A stretch of 64,000 nucleotides of DNA. Source: a virus. Lineage: Duplodnaviria; Caudoviricetes. Location: positions 916-64,915 of the IMG/VR virus record IMGVR_UViG_2891407665_000023, one strand, 5' to 3'. The number at the start of each line of letters is the position of its first letter. Within the stretch, counting starts at the first letter, position 1. Both the position numbers and the translations under genes were made by a program. This document shows, piece by piece, positions 27,889 to 37,823 of this stretch. A model generated the notes under the pieces. It had not been told where the DNA came from. It was given only the letters and a program-made list of their open reading frames with translations, and did no database searches.

Positions 27889-27986
27889 GGCAGAAAATGT
27901 GTGTATGGGGGATTGGAGACGATATTCCATCCCTTTTTAACGCCTGGGAATCCGGGCTTTTTTGTGCCGTTAAGGGGGGTGGCGTC

Positions 27987-30923
27987 GTGGCGGCAAACAG
28001 GATAAAAGGGATCACGGTAGAGATTGGCGGCGACACCACGAAGCTCCAGACGGCCCTAAAGGGCGTGAACACGGAGATACGGAACACGCAGTCGCAGCTT
28101 AAGGACGTGGAGAAGCTGCTGAAGCTCGACCCCGGCAACACGGAGCTGATGGCGCAGAAGCACCGGTTACTCGGCCAGGCAGTTTCGGAAACGAAAGAGA
28201 AGCTGGAAACGCTGAAAACGGCGGCGGAGCAGGCGAATGACGCGCTGGCGAGGGGCGAGATTTCCCAGAGCCAGTATGACGCCCTCCAGCGGGAGATCAT
28301 CGAGACGGAAAACAACCTGCGTGACCTGGAGCGGCAGGCGGGGCAGTCCGCCGTGGCCCTGCAGAAGATCGCCGCCACGGGGGAAAAATTAAAGACGGTC
28401 GGCTCCGCCATTGAGGGCGTGGGGCAGAAGCTGATGCCCGTCACTGCGGCGGTGGGTGGGCTTGGTGTAGCCGCCGTGAAGGTGGCTTCCGACTTCGACT
28501 CCGCCATGAGCCAGGTGGCGGCTGTGTCCGGGGCGACAGGCAAAGACCTGGAAGCCCTACGTGACAAGGCCCGTGAGATGGGTTCCAAGACCAAATTCTC
28601 TGCTTCAGAAGCCGCTGAAGCGATGAATTACATGGCCATGGCTGGTTGGAAGACAGGGGATATGCTCTCCGGCATCGAGGGCATCATGAACCTTGCCGCA
28701 GCCTCCGGGGAGGATCTGGCGACCACCTCGGACATCGTGACGGACGCGCTGACCGCCCTGGGGCTTTCGGCGGAGGATTCCGGGCATTTCGCTGACATCC
28801 TTGCGGCGGCAAGCTCGAACGCCAACACGAACGTCAGTATGATGGGGGAGACGTTCAAATACTGTGCGCCCGTGGCCGGCGCGCTCGGCTTTTCCGCAGA
28901 GGACACTGCCGAGGCCATCGGCCTGATGGCGAACGCGGGCATCAAGTCCTCCCAGGCAGGCACGGCCATGCGCTCCATGATGACGAACCTCACCGGGGAA
29001 GTGAAGTTTACCGGGGCTGCCTTCGGGGAGCTGACGGTACAGACCACGAACACGGACGGCAGCATGAGGAGCCTGGGGGACATCCTGGCAGACTGCCGCG
29101 CGGCATTCGCACAGATGTCCGAGTCGGAGAAGGCCGCCAATGCGGAGGCGCTGGTGGGCAAGAACGCCATGTCCGGATTCCTTGCGGTGATGAACGCTGC
29201 TCCGGGGGACATTGAGAAATTAAACAGCGCCATCAACAACTGTGACGGCACGGCGGGGAAGATGGCCGCCACCATGCAGGATAACCTTGCGGGGCAGCTT
29301 ACGATCTTAAAGAGTCAACTTGAGGAGCTTGCCATCTCCATTGGGGAAATCCTGATGCCGTATATCCGGCAGATCGTGGGCTGGATTCAGGGGCTTGTGG
29401 ACTGGCTGAACAGCCTGGATGAAGGCACGAAGAAGATCATTGTCACGGTGGCTCTGGTTGCTGCGGCGCTCGGCCCTGTACTGATCGTCATCGGGAAAGT
29501 GGTCGGGGCAATCGGCACGATCATGACCGTGGTGCCGCAGATAGCTGGGGCAATTTCAAGCGTGATTGCTTTCGTGTCCGGGACGGTGATCCCGGCGATT
29601 TCTGCCGTGGTGGCGGCTATCGGCTGGGTGCCTCTGGCGATTGCGGCGGTGGTGGCAATTCTCGTGGTGCTGTACAACAAATGCGAATGGTTCCGGGAGG
29701 CGGTGAACGCCATCTGGACGCAGATCAAGGAATTTTTTGTTTCTGCGTGGGAAGTCATCTGCTCGTTTTTCACGGAAACGATACCCAATGCCTGGAATTC
29801 CCTGGTGTCGTTCTTCCAGGGCATCCCGGCATGGTGGAGCGGGCTGTGGCAGTCTGTGGGGGATTTTTTCAGCAATATCTGGACGAACATGATGAACAAT
29901 CCGGTGCTTACGGGCATCGTGGACATGATACGTTCCCTGTGGGAGAACCTCTCCACGACCCTGCAGGGCATCTGGAACGGGATAAAGACAGCGGCTTCCG
30001 GGGCATGGGAGCTGATCAAGAACGTGGTGCTTGGGCCGGTGCTTCTGCTGATCGACCTAGTGACGGGGAACTTCACAAAGCTGAAGGAGGACGCCGCCAA
30101 CATCTGGAACAACATCAAGAATGCGGCGTCCAATATCTGGAACGGCATCAAACAGGTGGTCGGCTCACTGGCGCAGGGACTTGCGAACCATGTTTCCATC
30201 CTGTTCAACGGGCTGAAAAACACAATCGCAAATATCTGGACGGCAATCAAAAATACAGCCTCGTCCGTCTGGAACGGGCTGAAAAATCTTGTGTCGTCCA
30301 TCGCGTCCAATCTGAAACAGGCGGCAATAAATGCTTTCAAGGCCATGGTGTCCGGGATACGTTCTGCGCTTTCCTCCCTGGGGAGCGTGGTGCAGTCCGG
30401 GTTCCAGTCCGCCATCAGCTTCATCACCTCGCTGCCGGGGAAAGCCCTGGAATGGGGGAAAGACTTCATCAACGGGATCGCGGACGGCATCCGCAGCGCC
30501 ATCGGCAACGTGGTAAATGCGGTGTCGGACGTGGCGGATAAGATACGCTCCTTCCTGCATTTCTCCGTGCCGGACGAGGGGCCTCTGACAGATTACGAGA
30601 GCTGGATGCCGGACTTCATGTCCGGGCTGGCAAAGGGCATCGAAAAGAGCCGGGGCATGGTGAAGAAGGCCGTGTCCGGGGTGGCGTCCGACCTGATGAT
30701 CCAGCCCCAGGCGGCAGTCCAGGGGATGCAGGGCGGACGGGATTCCTCCGGAGATTCTTCCGTGGGCGAGCTGCTCGGAGGGCTCCGGGAGATGCTTTCC
30801 GGCCTGCAGGAAATGGCGGGCGGCGGAACCATCTGCATCCCCGTATATGTGGGCGGAACGCTGCTGGACGAAGTGGTGGTAGACGCGCAGGCAAGGCAGA
30901 ACTTAAGGTCGGGAGGGAGGTAA
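27987..30923 (+). CDS. Tape measure protein (TP901-type core)
   Basis: GTG start; TKFSASEAAEAMNYMAMAGW; Trp-periodic helical repeats; FLHFSVPDEGPL. Confidence 0.95.
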   Translation: MAANRIKGITVEIGGDTTKLQTALKGVNTEIRNTQSQLKDVEKLLKLDPGNTELMAQKHRLLGQAVSETKEKLETLKTAAEQANDALARGEISQSQYDALQREIIETENNLRDLERQAGQSAVALQKIAATGEKLKTVGSAIEGVGQKLMPVTAAVGGLGVAAVKVASDFDSAMSQVAAVSGATGKDLEALRDKAREMGSKTKFSASEAAEAMNYMAMAGWKTGDMLSGIEGIMNLAAASGEDLATTSDIVTDALTALGLSAEDSGHFADILAAASSNANTNVSMMGETFKYCAPVAGALGFSAEDTAEAIGLMANAGIKSSQAGTAMRSMMTNLTGEVKFTGAAFGELTVQTTNTDGSMRSLGDILADCRAAFAQMSESEKAANAEALVGKNAMSGFLAVMNAAPGDIEKLNSAINNCDGTAGKMAATMQDNLAGQLTILKSQLEELAISIGEILMPYIRQIVGWIQGLVDWLNSLDEGTKKIIVTVALVAAALGPVLIVIGKVVGAIGTIMTVVPQIAGAISSVIAFVSGTVIPAISAVVAAIGWVPLAIAAVVAILVVLYNKCEWFREAVNAIWTQIKEFFVSAWEVICSFFTETIPNAWNSLVSFFQGIPAWWSGLWQSVGDFFSNIWTNMMNNPVLTGIVDMIRSLWENLSTTLQGIWNGIKTAASGAWELIKNVVLGPVLLLIDLVTGNFTKLKEDAANIWNNIKNAASNIWNGIKQVVGSLAQGLANHVSILFNGLKNTIANIWTAIKNTASSVWNGLKNLVSSIASNLKQAAINAFKAMVSGIRSALSSLGSVVQSGFQSAISFITSLPGKALEWGKDFINGIADGIRSAIGNVVNAVSDVADKIRSFLHFSVPDEGPLTDYESWMPDFMSGLAKGIEKSRGMVKKAVSGVASDLMIQPQAAVQGMQGGRDSSGDSSVGELLGGLREMLSGLQEMAGGGTICIPVYVGGTLLDEVVVDAQARQNLRSGGR

Positions 30924-30929
30924 GGCGGC

Positions 30930-31292
30930 ATGGCATATATACAGTATCTGGCAATTGACGGTGTGCCGCTCCCCCTGCCCGATTCCTACGAGGTGCAGAT
31001 GGTGGATGTGGAGGCGGATTCCGGGGGCGAGACGGAGGCCGGGACCACGCAGCGGGACGTGGTGAGGATGGGCGTGGTGTCCATTCCCGCCGCTTTCTCC
31101 GTCTCCCCGAAATGGCTGAAGCTGCTGACGGGGTTTAAACAGAAAGAAAAACTGACTGTGGACTACTTTGACACGGAGACGCTGGAGATAAAGCGAACGG
31201 AGATGTTCATCAGCGGCTATAAGGCAAGCCTTGTGAAAGACACGTCCTATAAGGGGCTTTGGAAGGTGTCGTTTACTCTGAAAGAACTGTAA
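30930..31292 (+). CDS. Distal tail-like protein
   Basis: Position after the tape measure gene; PLPDSYEV...GETEAGT..RDVVR. Confidence 0.6.
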   Translation: MAYIQYLAIDGVPLPLPDSYEVQMVDVEADSGGETEAGTTQRDVVRMGVVSIPAAFSVSPKWLKLLTGFKQKEKLTVDYFDTETLEIKRTEMFISGYKASLVKDTSYKGLWKVSFTLKEL

Positions 31293-31382
31293 AAATCGAG
31301 TGATTTTTGAAGGGGTATGTGATACAATGAAAGGCACAAATCGGTATTTGAAAAAAGTAGAACAAGGGAGTTGAAGATAAAT

Positions 31383-31640
31383 ATGTCAGAATTAACAGCT
31401 ATGATGAATATTGGCAAGGAAATGGAAAAAAAGCTAATATCTGTTGGTATTGAATCTTCCGAGAAATTAATTGAGGTAGGTGCAAAAGGCGTATTTCTTA
31501 AGCTAAAGCAGAAATATCCAAATGTTTGTCTGGTACATTTATATACATTAGAGGGTGCGATTCATAATACAGAATATAACAGACTTTCCGAAGATACAAA
31601 AAAGGAATTGAAAGAATTTAGTGATTTTCTGAAAAAGTAA
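31383..31640 (+). CDS. TfoX/Sxy C-terminal-domain protein (moron)
   Basis: LTAMMNIGKEMEKKLISVGIES...LYTLEGAI HhH-like; AT-rich island inside the tail operon. Confidence 0.75.
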   Translation: MSELTAMMNIGKEMEKKLISVGIESSEKLIEVGAKGVFLKLKQKYPNVCLVHLYTLEGAIHNTEYNRLSEDTKKELKEFSDFLKK

Positions 31641-31717
31641 CAGCAACGTAAATCCCAGTCTGCCAGTAAGCTAAAGAATCATTTCAGATAAAACAACAAT
31701 AAGGTCATTCGTATAAG

Positions 31718-31746
31718 GCATCAGCCATAAAAGGCTGGTGCTTTTT
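31718..31746 (+). terminator. Intrinsic terminator after TfoX moron
   Basis: GCATCAGCC-ATAAAA-GGCTGGTGC-TTTTT. Confidence 0.75.
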
Positions 31747-31767
31747 GCGTGGAGGGGGGTGTTTTCC

Positions 31768-33672
31768 ATGTACCCGGTGAGCGATGCGTTCCTGCAGGCG
31801 GTGCAGGAAAACACACGGAACTACCGCTGGACGGGGCAGATCACGACAAAGGGCGGCGCTGTATACCCGTTTGTTTATGAGGATATCGTGAAAGGGAGCG
31901 GGTACATCGCGGTGCAGTGCTGCGGCAGCGCGGAGATCGAGCTGGGGACGGTGTACGCCGCCGAGATGGGCATCACGCTCTTTTCCCAGATTGACCGCTA
32001 CACGCTGGAAGGGGCGGAGGTGCGGCTTTCCTACCACCTGCGGCTTGCGGACGGCAGTTTTGAGGAAGTGCCGATGGGAATCTTCGAGGTCAGCGAGGCG
32101 AACCGGACGGCGCACTGCCTGGAGCTGAAAGCCTACGACTATATGCTCCGGTTTGAAAAGAGCTTCAACGGCTTTGAGACCGTGGGCACTGCCTGGGCTT
32201 TCCTGGATTTATGCTGCAAAACCTGTGCCGTGGGGCTGGCGCATACACAGGCAGAGATCGAGGCCATGCCCAACGGCACGGAGCTGCTCTCTATCTATCC
32301 GGAGAATGACATTGAGACGTACCGTGACGTGCTGTACTTTGTCGGACAGGTGCTTGGCGGCTTTTTCTGTATCAACCGTGAAGGGAAGCTGGAGCTGCGC
32401 AAATACGGGACACAGCCGGTGATGGAGGTAAAAAGCAGGCACCGGTTCACCAGCAGCTTTTCCGACTTCATCACCCGGTACACGGCGGTCAGCTCCACGA
32501 ACCTGCGCACACAGACGGCGGAGTATTACGCCCTGGAGCCGGACGACGGGCTGACCATGAACCTGGCGGTGAACCCGCTCCTACAGTTCGGGCTGGAGGA
32601 GACGCGGGAGCAGCTATGCCGGAACATACTGGCGGATATCTCCGTGGTCAGTTATGTGCCTTTTGATTCCAGCACCATCGGCAATCCGGCACTTGATCTT
32701 GGGGATGTGCTGACTTTCACGGGAGGGCAGGCGGACGGGAGCCAGATCGCCTGCATTACTTCCTCCAATTGTAAGATCGGTGGGAAACATACCTTAAAGT
32801 GCGTGGGGAAGAACCCAAGGCTGGCGCAGGCAAAATCGAAGAACGATAAGAACATCTCCGGCCTCTTAAACCAGATCGAGGCGGGGAAGATCGGGATACA
32901 CACGTTCACGAATGCCTCCGCCTATACGGTGGCGGAGACCAATGTGCGGATCATCAGCATTGAGTTCGCAGCGAAAGAGGAGACCCATGTGCAGTTTTTC
33001 GGGCAGGTGCTGGTGGATGTGTCCGCAGGGCAGGTGAGCCGTTCTGCCAGTGCGAAAGGAAGCATCGTGATCCCGTTTCCGGCAGGGAACGGCGGGGATA
33101 CCGGAACAGGCACGGATGCCGAAACAGACACCGGGACGGATGCAGGAAACGGCAGCGGCGGCCAGGGGGCAGATACAGAAAGCGTCACGGTGGACGTGGA
33201 GCTTCCGGTCACATGGATGGAGGACGGGAAGGCGGTGGCGTATGTCACATACGAATTCAACGATTCCGAGATCCTCATCCATTACCCGGTGGAGACCTGG
33301 GGGAGCGGGAAGCACATCCTTTCCCTGTACTATCCGATTGACAACCTTGTGCCGAACATCACGAACACCTTCAACGTCCACCTGCGGATGGAGGGCGGCA
33401 CGGCGGCGATTGGCACGGGCGGGTGTATCGCCTCCATCAGCGGCCAGGGCATGGCTGCGGGCGCGGCGTGGGACGGCACCATCACGGTGGAGGAATATGT
33501 GCAGCCGTTCGCGGTCGGGGGCGGCCTGCAGGCAAAGGCGTTCTCCGGGGAGATGGGATTTGAAACAATGGAGCTGGTAAAGAAGTATTATTCGGACAGC
33601 ATCGGGAAGGCGGGCATCGGCGCGTTCGGGAAGCCCGTAGAGCTGCCGCAGGAAGGAGAAAGAACAGGATGA
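31768..33672 (+). CDS. Tail tip / baseplate hub-like protein
   Basis: Position; 634 aa; Gly/Thr/Asp-rich linker. Confidence 0.6.
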   Translation: MYPVSDAFLQAVQENTRNYRWTGQITTKGGAVYPFVYEDIVKGSGYIAVQCCGSAEIELGTVYAAEMGITLFSQIDRYTLEGAEVRLSYHLRLADGSFEEVPMGIFEVSEANRTAHCLELKAYDYMLRFEKSFNGFETVGTAWAFLDLCCKTCAVGLAHTQAEIEAMPNGTELLSIYPENDIETYRDVLYFVGQVLGGFFCINREGKLELRKYGTQPVMEVKSRHRFTSSFSDFITRYTAVSSTNLRTQTAEYYALEPDDGLTMNLAVNPLLQFGLEETREQLCRNILADISVVSYVPFDSSTIGNPALDLGDVLTFTGGQADGSQIACITSSNCKIGGKHTLKCVGKNPRLAQAKSKNDKNISGLLNQIEAGKIGIHTFTNASAYTVAETNVRIISIEFAAKEETHVQFFGQVLVDVSAGQVSRSASAKGSIVIPFPAGNGGDTGTGTDAETDTGTDAGNGSGGQGADTESVTVDVELPVTWMEDGKAVAYVTYEFNDSEILIHYPVETWGSGKHILSLYYPIDNLVPNITNTFNVHLRMEGGTAAIGTGGCIASISGQGMAAGAAWDGTITVEEYVQPFAVGGGLQAKAFSGEMGFETMELVKKYYSDSIGKAGIGAFGKPVELPQEGERTG

Positions 33673-35063
33673 AGTTGAAAGGGACGATGGTACTGAAACT
33701 GACGGATGAAACCACGGGGGAAGTGGAGAGCGTCACGGAGGAGAACATGGTGACGGAGGCGGTGAACGACATTCTGGGCATGAACCCCATGGGCGTGTTT
33801 TACTCAGAAGAGAACCTGGCGGATGTCTTAAGCTGGAATGGGACGCTGCTCCCCATCTGCCCGAACATGGTCGGGGGCATCCTGCTCTTCCCCAAAACGC
33901 TGGAAGAGGATGCGGCGCATATTTACGAGGCATCGGGCAATCTCCCGGTGGCCTATGCCTCCAACAACGTGAACACCACGGCGAACACGGCCAGGGGCAG
34001 CATGAACCAGACGGAGAGCAAGGCTTTGGAGAACGGCTATAAATTTGTGTGGGAGTTCACGCCCAGCCAGGGCAACGGCACCATCGCGGCGGTGGCGCTG
34101 ACCAGCGCCCAGGGCGGGCAGAACGCCTACGGGAGCCTGGTGGGGGACGCCAGCACGTTCCTCAAGATAAAAAAGCTGGACATCGGCGACCTTGGGAAAG
34201 CGAAGCAGGAGGTGCTGTTCGAAGCGGCGGAGGTGGATTTTGAAAAGGACCTGCTGTATTCCATCACCTTTGCGGACTCCAGCGTGCGGATACGGAAAAT
34301 CCGTATCCCCATCTTCACCATCGGGCTGAATGAGAAACTGGACGATTCCACATACACGGTGCTGGAAGACCATGCCGTGCCGACGGAGACTTTCCTGTTC
34401 CTGGGCAGCTACACGAAGTACGGGGAATTCCTGGACGGGAAGGATGGGTACTGGTACGGCTTCTCCAACGAGGGGAATTCCTCTGGGAATGCAAGGATGC
34501 TATGGGTGAAGATATCCAAGGCAGACTATTCCATGACGGAAGGGGAATGGACGCTGTCCAACGCGAAGCTGATGGCCGTGGGGGAGCGGGACATGGAAAA
34601 CACTTATCCGGAAAGAAACTGCCGGTGCTGTATGCGGGGCGGGTATCTGTATGTGCCGGCCTACAACAAGAAGGGCATTTATAAAATAAATGTGGCGAAT
34701 ACGGCGGATGTTACGCTCATTGACTTTGGCTTCACTTCCAAAATGAAGCCGCTGTGTGAATCGGGAACCTGCGAGCTGTACCTGACGCTGGTCGGCGACC
34801 TCATCATCGGCGGGGACTTCCAGGTGACGGCAGACGACACAGTCATCCATACCCAGGGGAGCGCGAGGCTCGGCAGTGCGGCGACGCCGCTGTTCCAGCA
34901 TAAACAGTTCCTGGTGGGGTGGGGAGGCAGCTACGGGAACGAGTACCGCCATATGTACCTGCTGACGCCGTACCTTGCCACCATCAACAACCTTTCCTCG
35001 GCGGTGGTGAAGGACGCCAACAAGACCATGAAGATTACCTACACGCTGACGGAGGAGGCGTGA
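33669..35063 (+). CDS. Tail-associated protein (candidate receptor-binding)
   Basis: Last tail gene before the lysis module; ATGA overlap. Confidence 0.55.
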   Translation: MKLKGTMVLKLTDETTGEVESVTEENMVTEAVNDILGMNPMGVFYSEENLADVLSWNGTLLPICPNMVGGILLFPKTLEEDAAHIYEASGNLPVAYASNNVNTTANTARGSMNQTESKALENGYKFVWEFTPSQGNGTIAAVALTSAQGGQNAYGSLVGDASTFLKIKKLDIGDLGKAKQEVLFEAAEVDFEKDLLYSITFADSSVRIRKIRIPIFTIGLNEKLDDSTYTVLEDHAVPTETFLFLGSYTKYGEFLDGKDGYWYGFSNEGNSSGNARMLWVKISKADYSMTEGEWTLSNAKLMAVGERDMENTYPERNCRCCMRGGYLYVPAYNKKGIYKINVANTADVTLIDFGFTSKMKPLCESGTCELYLTLVGDLIIGGDFQVTADDTVIHTQGSARLGSAATPLFQHKQFLVGWGGSYGNEYRHMYLLTPYLATINNLSSAVVKDANKTMKITYTLTEEA

Positions 35064-35148
35064 CGGACAGCTTTACGGCAGGGGACGGTGCTTCCCCTGC
35101 CGTGATAAAAGGGTGGTGTGTGCCGGGAGTCCCGGCGTGCGGCGTTTC

Positions 35149-35520
35149 TTAGTTCCGGGAGTCCGGTTCAGATGCGGCGTATTTTGTGGACGGTTCCGCG
35201 ACCATGGAGAGGGATGCAGCTTCGGCTTCAATGCCGTGCTTCATCTGCTCAAGCTGCGCAATCCTTTTTTCAAGCTCCGCCTGTGCCTCCTGCTGTTCCT
35301 TTGCCGCCAGTTCCTCGGCTGTGAGGGTGCGGATGCGGATGGAGCCTTCCTCATATTCGACGATGAGCGGGGCTCCGATGGAAAAGCCGAGGGCTTCCAG
35401 CCAGTGCCCTTCCATCTGTATCTTTGGGACTGCAGTGCATGGGCCGGTGCCGCTGTGCAGGACGCCGCCGCTCTGATGGTGGCGGTAGGTGTAAACGACT
35501 TTGATGTTCTTTGTCTTCAT
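35149..35520 (-). CDS. symE: SymE-family type I toxin-like protein
   Basis: VPKIQMEGHWLEALGFSIGAPLIVEYEEGSIRIR signature; AGGAGG RBS on minus strand. Confidence 0.75.
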   Translation of the reverse strand: MKTKNIKVVYTYRHHQSGGVLHSGTGPCTAVPKIQMEGHWLEALGFSIGAPLIVEYEEGSIRIRTLTAEELAAKEQQEAQAELEKRIAQLEQMKHGIEAEAASLSMVAEPSTKYAASEPDSRN

Positions 35521-35594
35521 AAGGTGTCCTCCTTGGGTTTTTATTTTCCCCTGCCGCCTCCCGTTTTTTTTGGCAGGCGGTGCTTCGGGTAGTG

Positions 35595-35675
35595 TTATTA
35601 ATCACTCTGAAGCCGTGAAATAGCAAGGAAAACAGGGGCATAAATGTGACAAAGATTCTGACAGAAGTTTGTGTA
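35595..35675 (-). promoter_or_regulatory. Cassette promoter module copy F (drives symE-like gene)
   Basis: On minus strand: TACACAA-N16-TTGTCAC-N18-CTTGCTATT-N11-GAGTGATTAAT. Confidence 0.7.
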
Positions 35676-35770
35676 AACGACACAATCGGATATTTCACGG
35701 AAACAGGCGGATGCCCACTGCGGACAGCCGCTTTATTCATACAAAAATTTTAGAAACGGAGGGTTTCAAC

Positions 35771-36190
35771 ATGAAGGAATTCTGGAACACGATCCAACTT
35801 ATTTTCACTGCCATCGGGGGATGGCTCGGCTGGTTCCTCGGCGGCTGTGACGGCCTGCTGTACGCTCTTGTCGCATTTGTCGCAGTGGACTATGCCACGG
35901 GGGTGATGTGCGCCGTGGCGGACAAGAATCTGTCCAGCGAGGTGGGCTTCCGGGGCATTGCGAAGAAGGTATTGATCTTCCTGCTGGTGGGGATCGCCAA
36001 CATCCTCGATGTGCAGGTCATCGGCACGGGGAGCGTCCTGCGGACAGCCATCATCTTTTTCTACATCTCCAATGAGGGCGTGAGCCTCCTGGAGAACGCC
36101 GGACGCCTGGGGCTGCCCATCCCGGAAAAGCTGAAGGACATCCTGGCGCAACTCCATGAGAAAGCGGAGAACGGGAAGGGGGACGAATAA
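35771..36190 (+). CDS. Holin (phage holin family 4/toxin secretion-phage lysis)
   Basis: GGWLGWFLGGCDG...DYATG...SNEGVSLLENAGRLGLPIP. Confidence 0.92.
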   Translation: MKEFWNTIQLIFTAIGGWLGWFLGGCDGLLYALVAFVAVDYATGVMCAVADKNLSSEVGFRGIAKKVLIFLLVGIANILDVQVIGTGSVLRTAIIFFYISNEGVSLLENAGRLGLPIPEKLKDILAQLHEKAENGKGDE

Positions 36191-36192
36191 TC

Positions 36193-37680
36193 ATGAAACT
36201 GGTGGAACGCATCCTGACAAGGAATCCCTGCTACACGGCGGGGAGGAAGATCACGGTGAAGGGGCTGATGCTCCACTCCGTGGGCTGCCCGCAGCCGAAG
36301 GCGTCTGCCTTCATCAATTCATGGAACAGCCCGGCGCATGACAGTTCATGTGTACACGGATTTATTGACGGCAACGACGGCACGGTGTACCAGACATTGC
36401 CGTGGAATCATAGGGGATGGCACTGCGGAAGCGGGAACAAAGGGAGCGGGAACAATACCCATATCGGGGTGGAGATGTGCGAGCCTGCGTGTATCAGATA
36501 CACGGCAGGCTCCAACTTTACCTGTTCCGACCTTGCCGCAGCAAAGGCAGTGGCAAAGAGAACCTATGAGGCGGCGGTAGAATTGTTCGCCATGCTGTGT
36601 AAGAAATACAGCCTGGACCCGCTGGCGGATGGCGTGGTCATCAGCCACAGGGAAGGACACAGTCGGGGTATTGCCAGTAGCCACGGCGACCCGGAGCATC
36701 TGTGGGCACAGCTTGGCACGGGGTATACCATGGACGGATTCCGCAGGGCGGTCAAGGCGGCAATGGGCGGCGCATCCTCCGGCACGGACGGATACACGAA
36801 GATCATGGGGAATACCGTAGCAACGGCGGAGCAGATGAAAGCGTATCTGAAAGCGAAGAATCCGGGCGTGGCGCAGTCTGTCCTTGATATGGTTCCGCTG
36901 TATCTCTCCGAGGGTAAGGCAGAGGGAGTGAGGGGCGATATTGCCTTTGCACAGTCCTGCCTTGAGACGGGAAACTTCACTTTTTCTGCCTCTGCGGTCA
37001 CGCTTTCCCAAAACAATTTCTGCGGCATGGGCGTGACGGCAAATGGGATGAAGGGGAATTCCTTTGACACGCCGCAGTTCGGCATCCGGGCGCAGGTGCA
37101 GCATTTGAAAGCCTACGCCTCCACGGATGCGCTGAAAAACGCCTGCATCGACCCGCGTTTCAAGTATGTCACGAGGGGCTGTGCGGAATATGTGGAGTGG
37201 CTTGGACAGAAAGAAAATCCGGATGGGAAAGGATGGGCGGCGGGAGCCGGTTATGGAGAGAAAATCCTCTCCATCCTGAAAGGCATCCTCGGCACGGCAG
37301 GCGGCACACTAAAGCCTGCAGAAGCCTGGTACCGCGTCCGAAAGTCGTGGGCGGACGCTTCTTCGCAGAAAGGGGCGTTCAAGTCGCTGGAGAACGCAAA
37401 AAAGTGTGTGGACGAAAATCCGGGGCATTCCGTGTTCGATGAATCAGGAAAGGTGGTGTACATCAAAGCGGCGGCATTCCAGCCGTACCTTGTGCGGGTG
37501 TCCATCCCCGACCTGAACATCCGGGAAGCGCCTGGGACGGATAAGCCTAAGACCGGGAAGGTGACTGGTGTGGGTGTATTTACCATTATAGAGGAGGCGG
37601 ATGGGAAAGGCGCATCCCGGTGGGGGCTGCTGAAATCCAATGCAGGATGGATCTCACTTGACTATGTAGCCAGAATTTAA
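36193..37680 (+). CDS. Endolysin: amidase_2 + glucosaminidase-like + SH3b-like binding domain
   Basis: LMLHSVG...IGVEMCE; AFAQSCLETG...NNFCGMG; LNIREAPG...GWISLDY. Confidence 0.88.
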   Translation: MKLVERILTRNPCYTAGRKITVKGLMLHSVGCPQPKASAFINSWNSPAHDSSCVHGFIDGNDGTVYQTLPWNHRGWHCGSGNKGSGNNTHIGVEMCEPACIRYTAGSNFTCSDLAAAKAVAKRTYEAAVELFAMLCKKYSLDPLADGVVISHREGHSRGIASSHGDPEHLWAQLGTGYTMDGFRRAVKAAMGGASSGTDGYTKIMGNTVATAEQMKAYLKAKNPGVAQSVLDMVPLYLSEGKAEGVRGDIAFAQSCLETGNFTFSASAVTLSQNNFCGMGVTANGMKGNSFDTPQFGIRAQVQHLKAYASTDALKNACIDPRFKYVTRGCAEYVEWLGQKENPDGKGWAAGAGYGEKILSILKGILGTAGGTLKPAEAWYRVRKSWADASSQKGAFKSLENAKKCVDENPGHSVFDESGKVVYIKAAAFQPYLVRVSIPDLNIREAPGTDKPKTGKVTGVGVFTIIEEADGKGASRWGLLKSNAGWISLDYVARI

Positions 37681-37696
37681 TATTGATTTCTTTATG

Positions 37697-37733
37697 GCCT
37701 GTGGGTATCTTTTGGTACTTACAGGCTTTTTTT
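37697..37733 (+). terminator. Intrinsic terminator ending late operon
   Basis: GCCTGTGGGTATC-TTTT-GGTACTTACAGGC-T7. Confidence 0.8.
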
Positions 37734-37747
37734 AATTTTTCCCAAAA

Positions 37748-37789
37748 AACCGTCAGATTCTTTTCTCTCCCAAGGCTACCCGATAGAGG
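37748..37789 (+). promoter_or_regulatory. Bipartite motif copy 2
   Basis: AACCGTCAGATT-N14-GGCTACC-CGA-TAGAGG. Confidence 0.7.
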
Positions 37790-37823
37790 GCAGGATGACA
37801 AGCCCTCGGAAAGGAGCAAAGCC

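Noticed and set aside
29700-30400. Trp-periodic repeats as a novel repeat protein
   Set aside because: Standard tape-measure helical repeats
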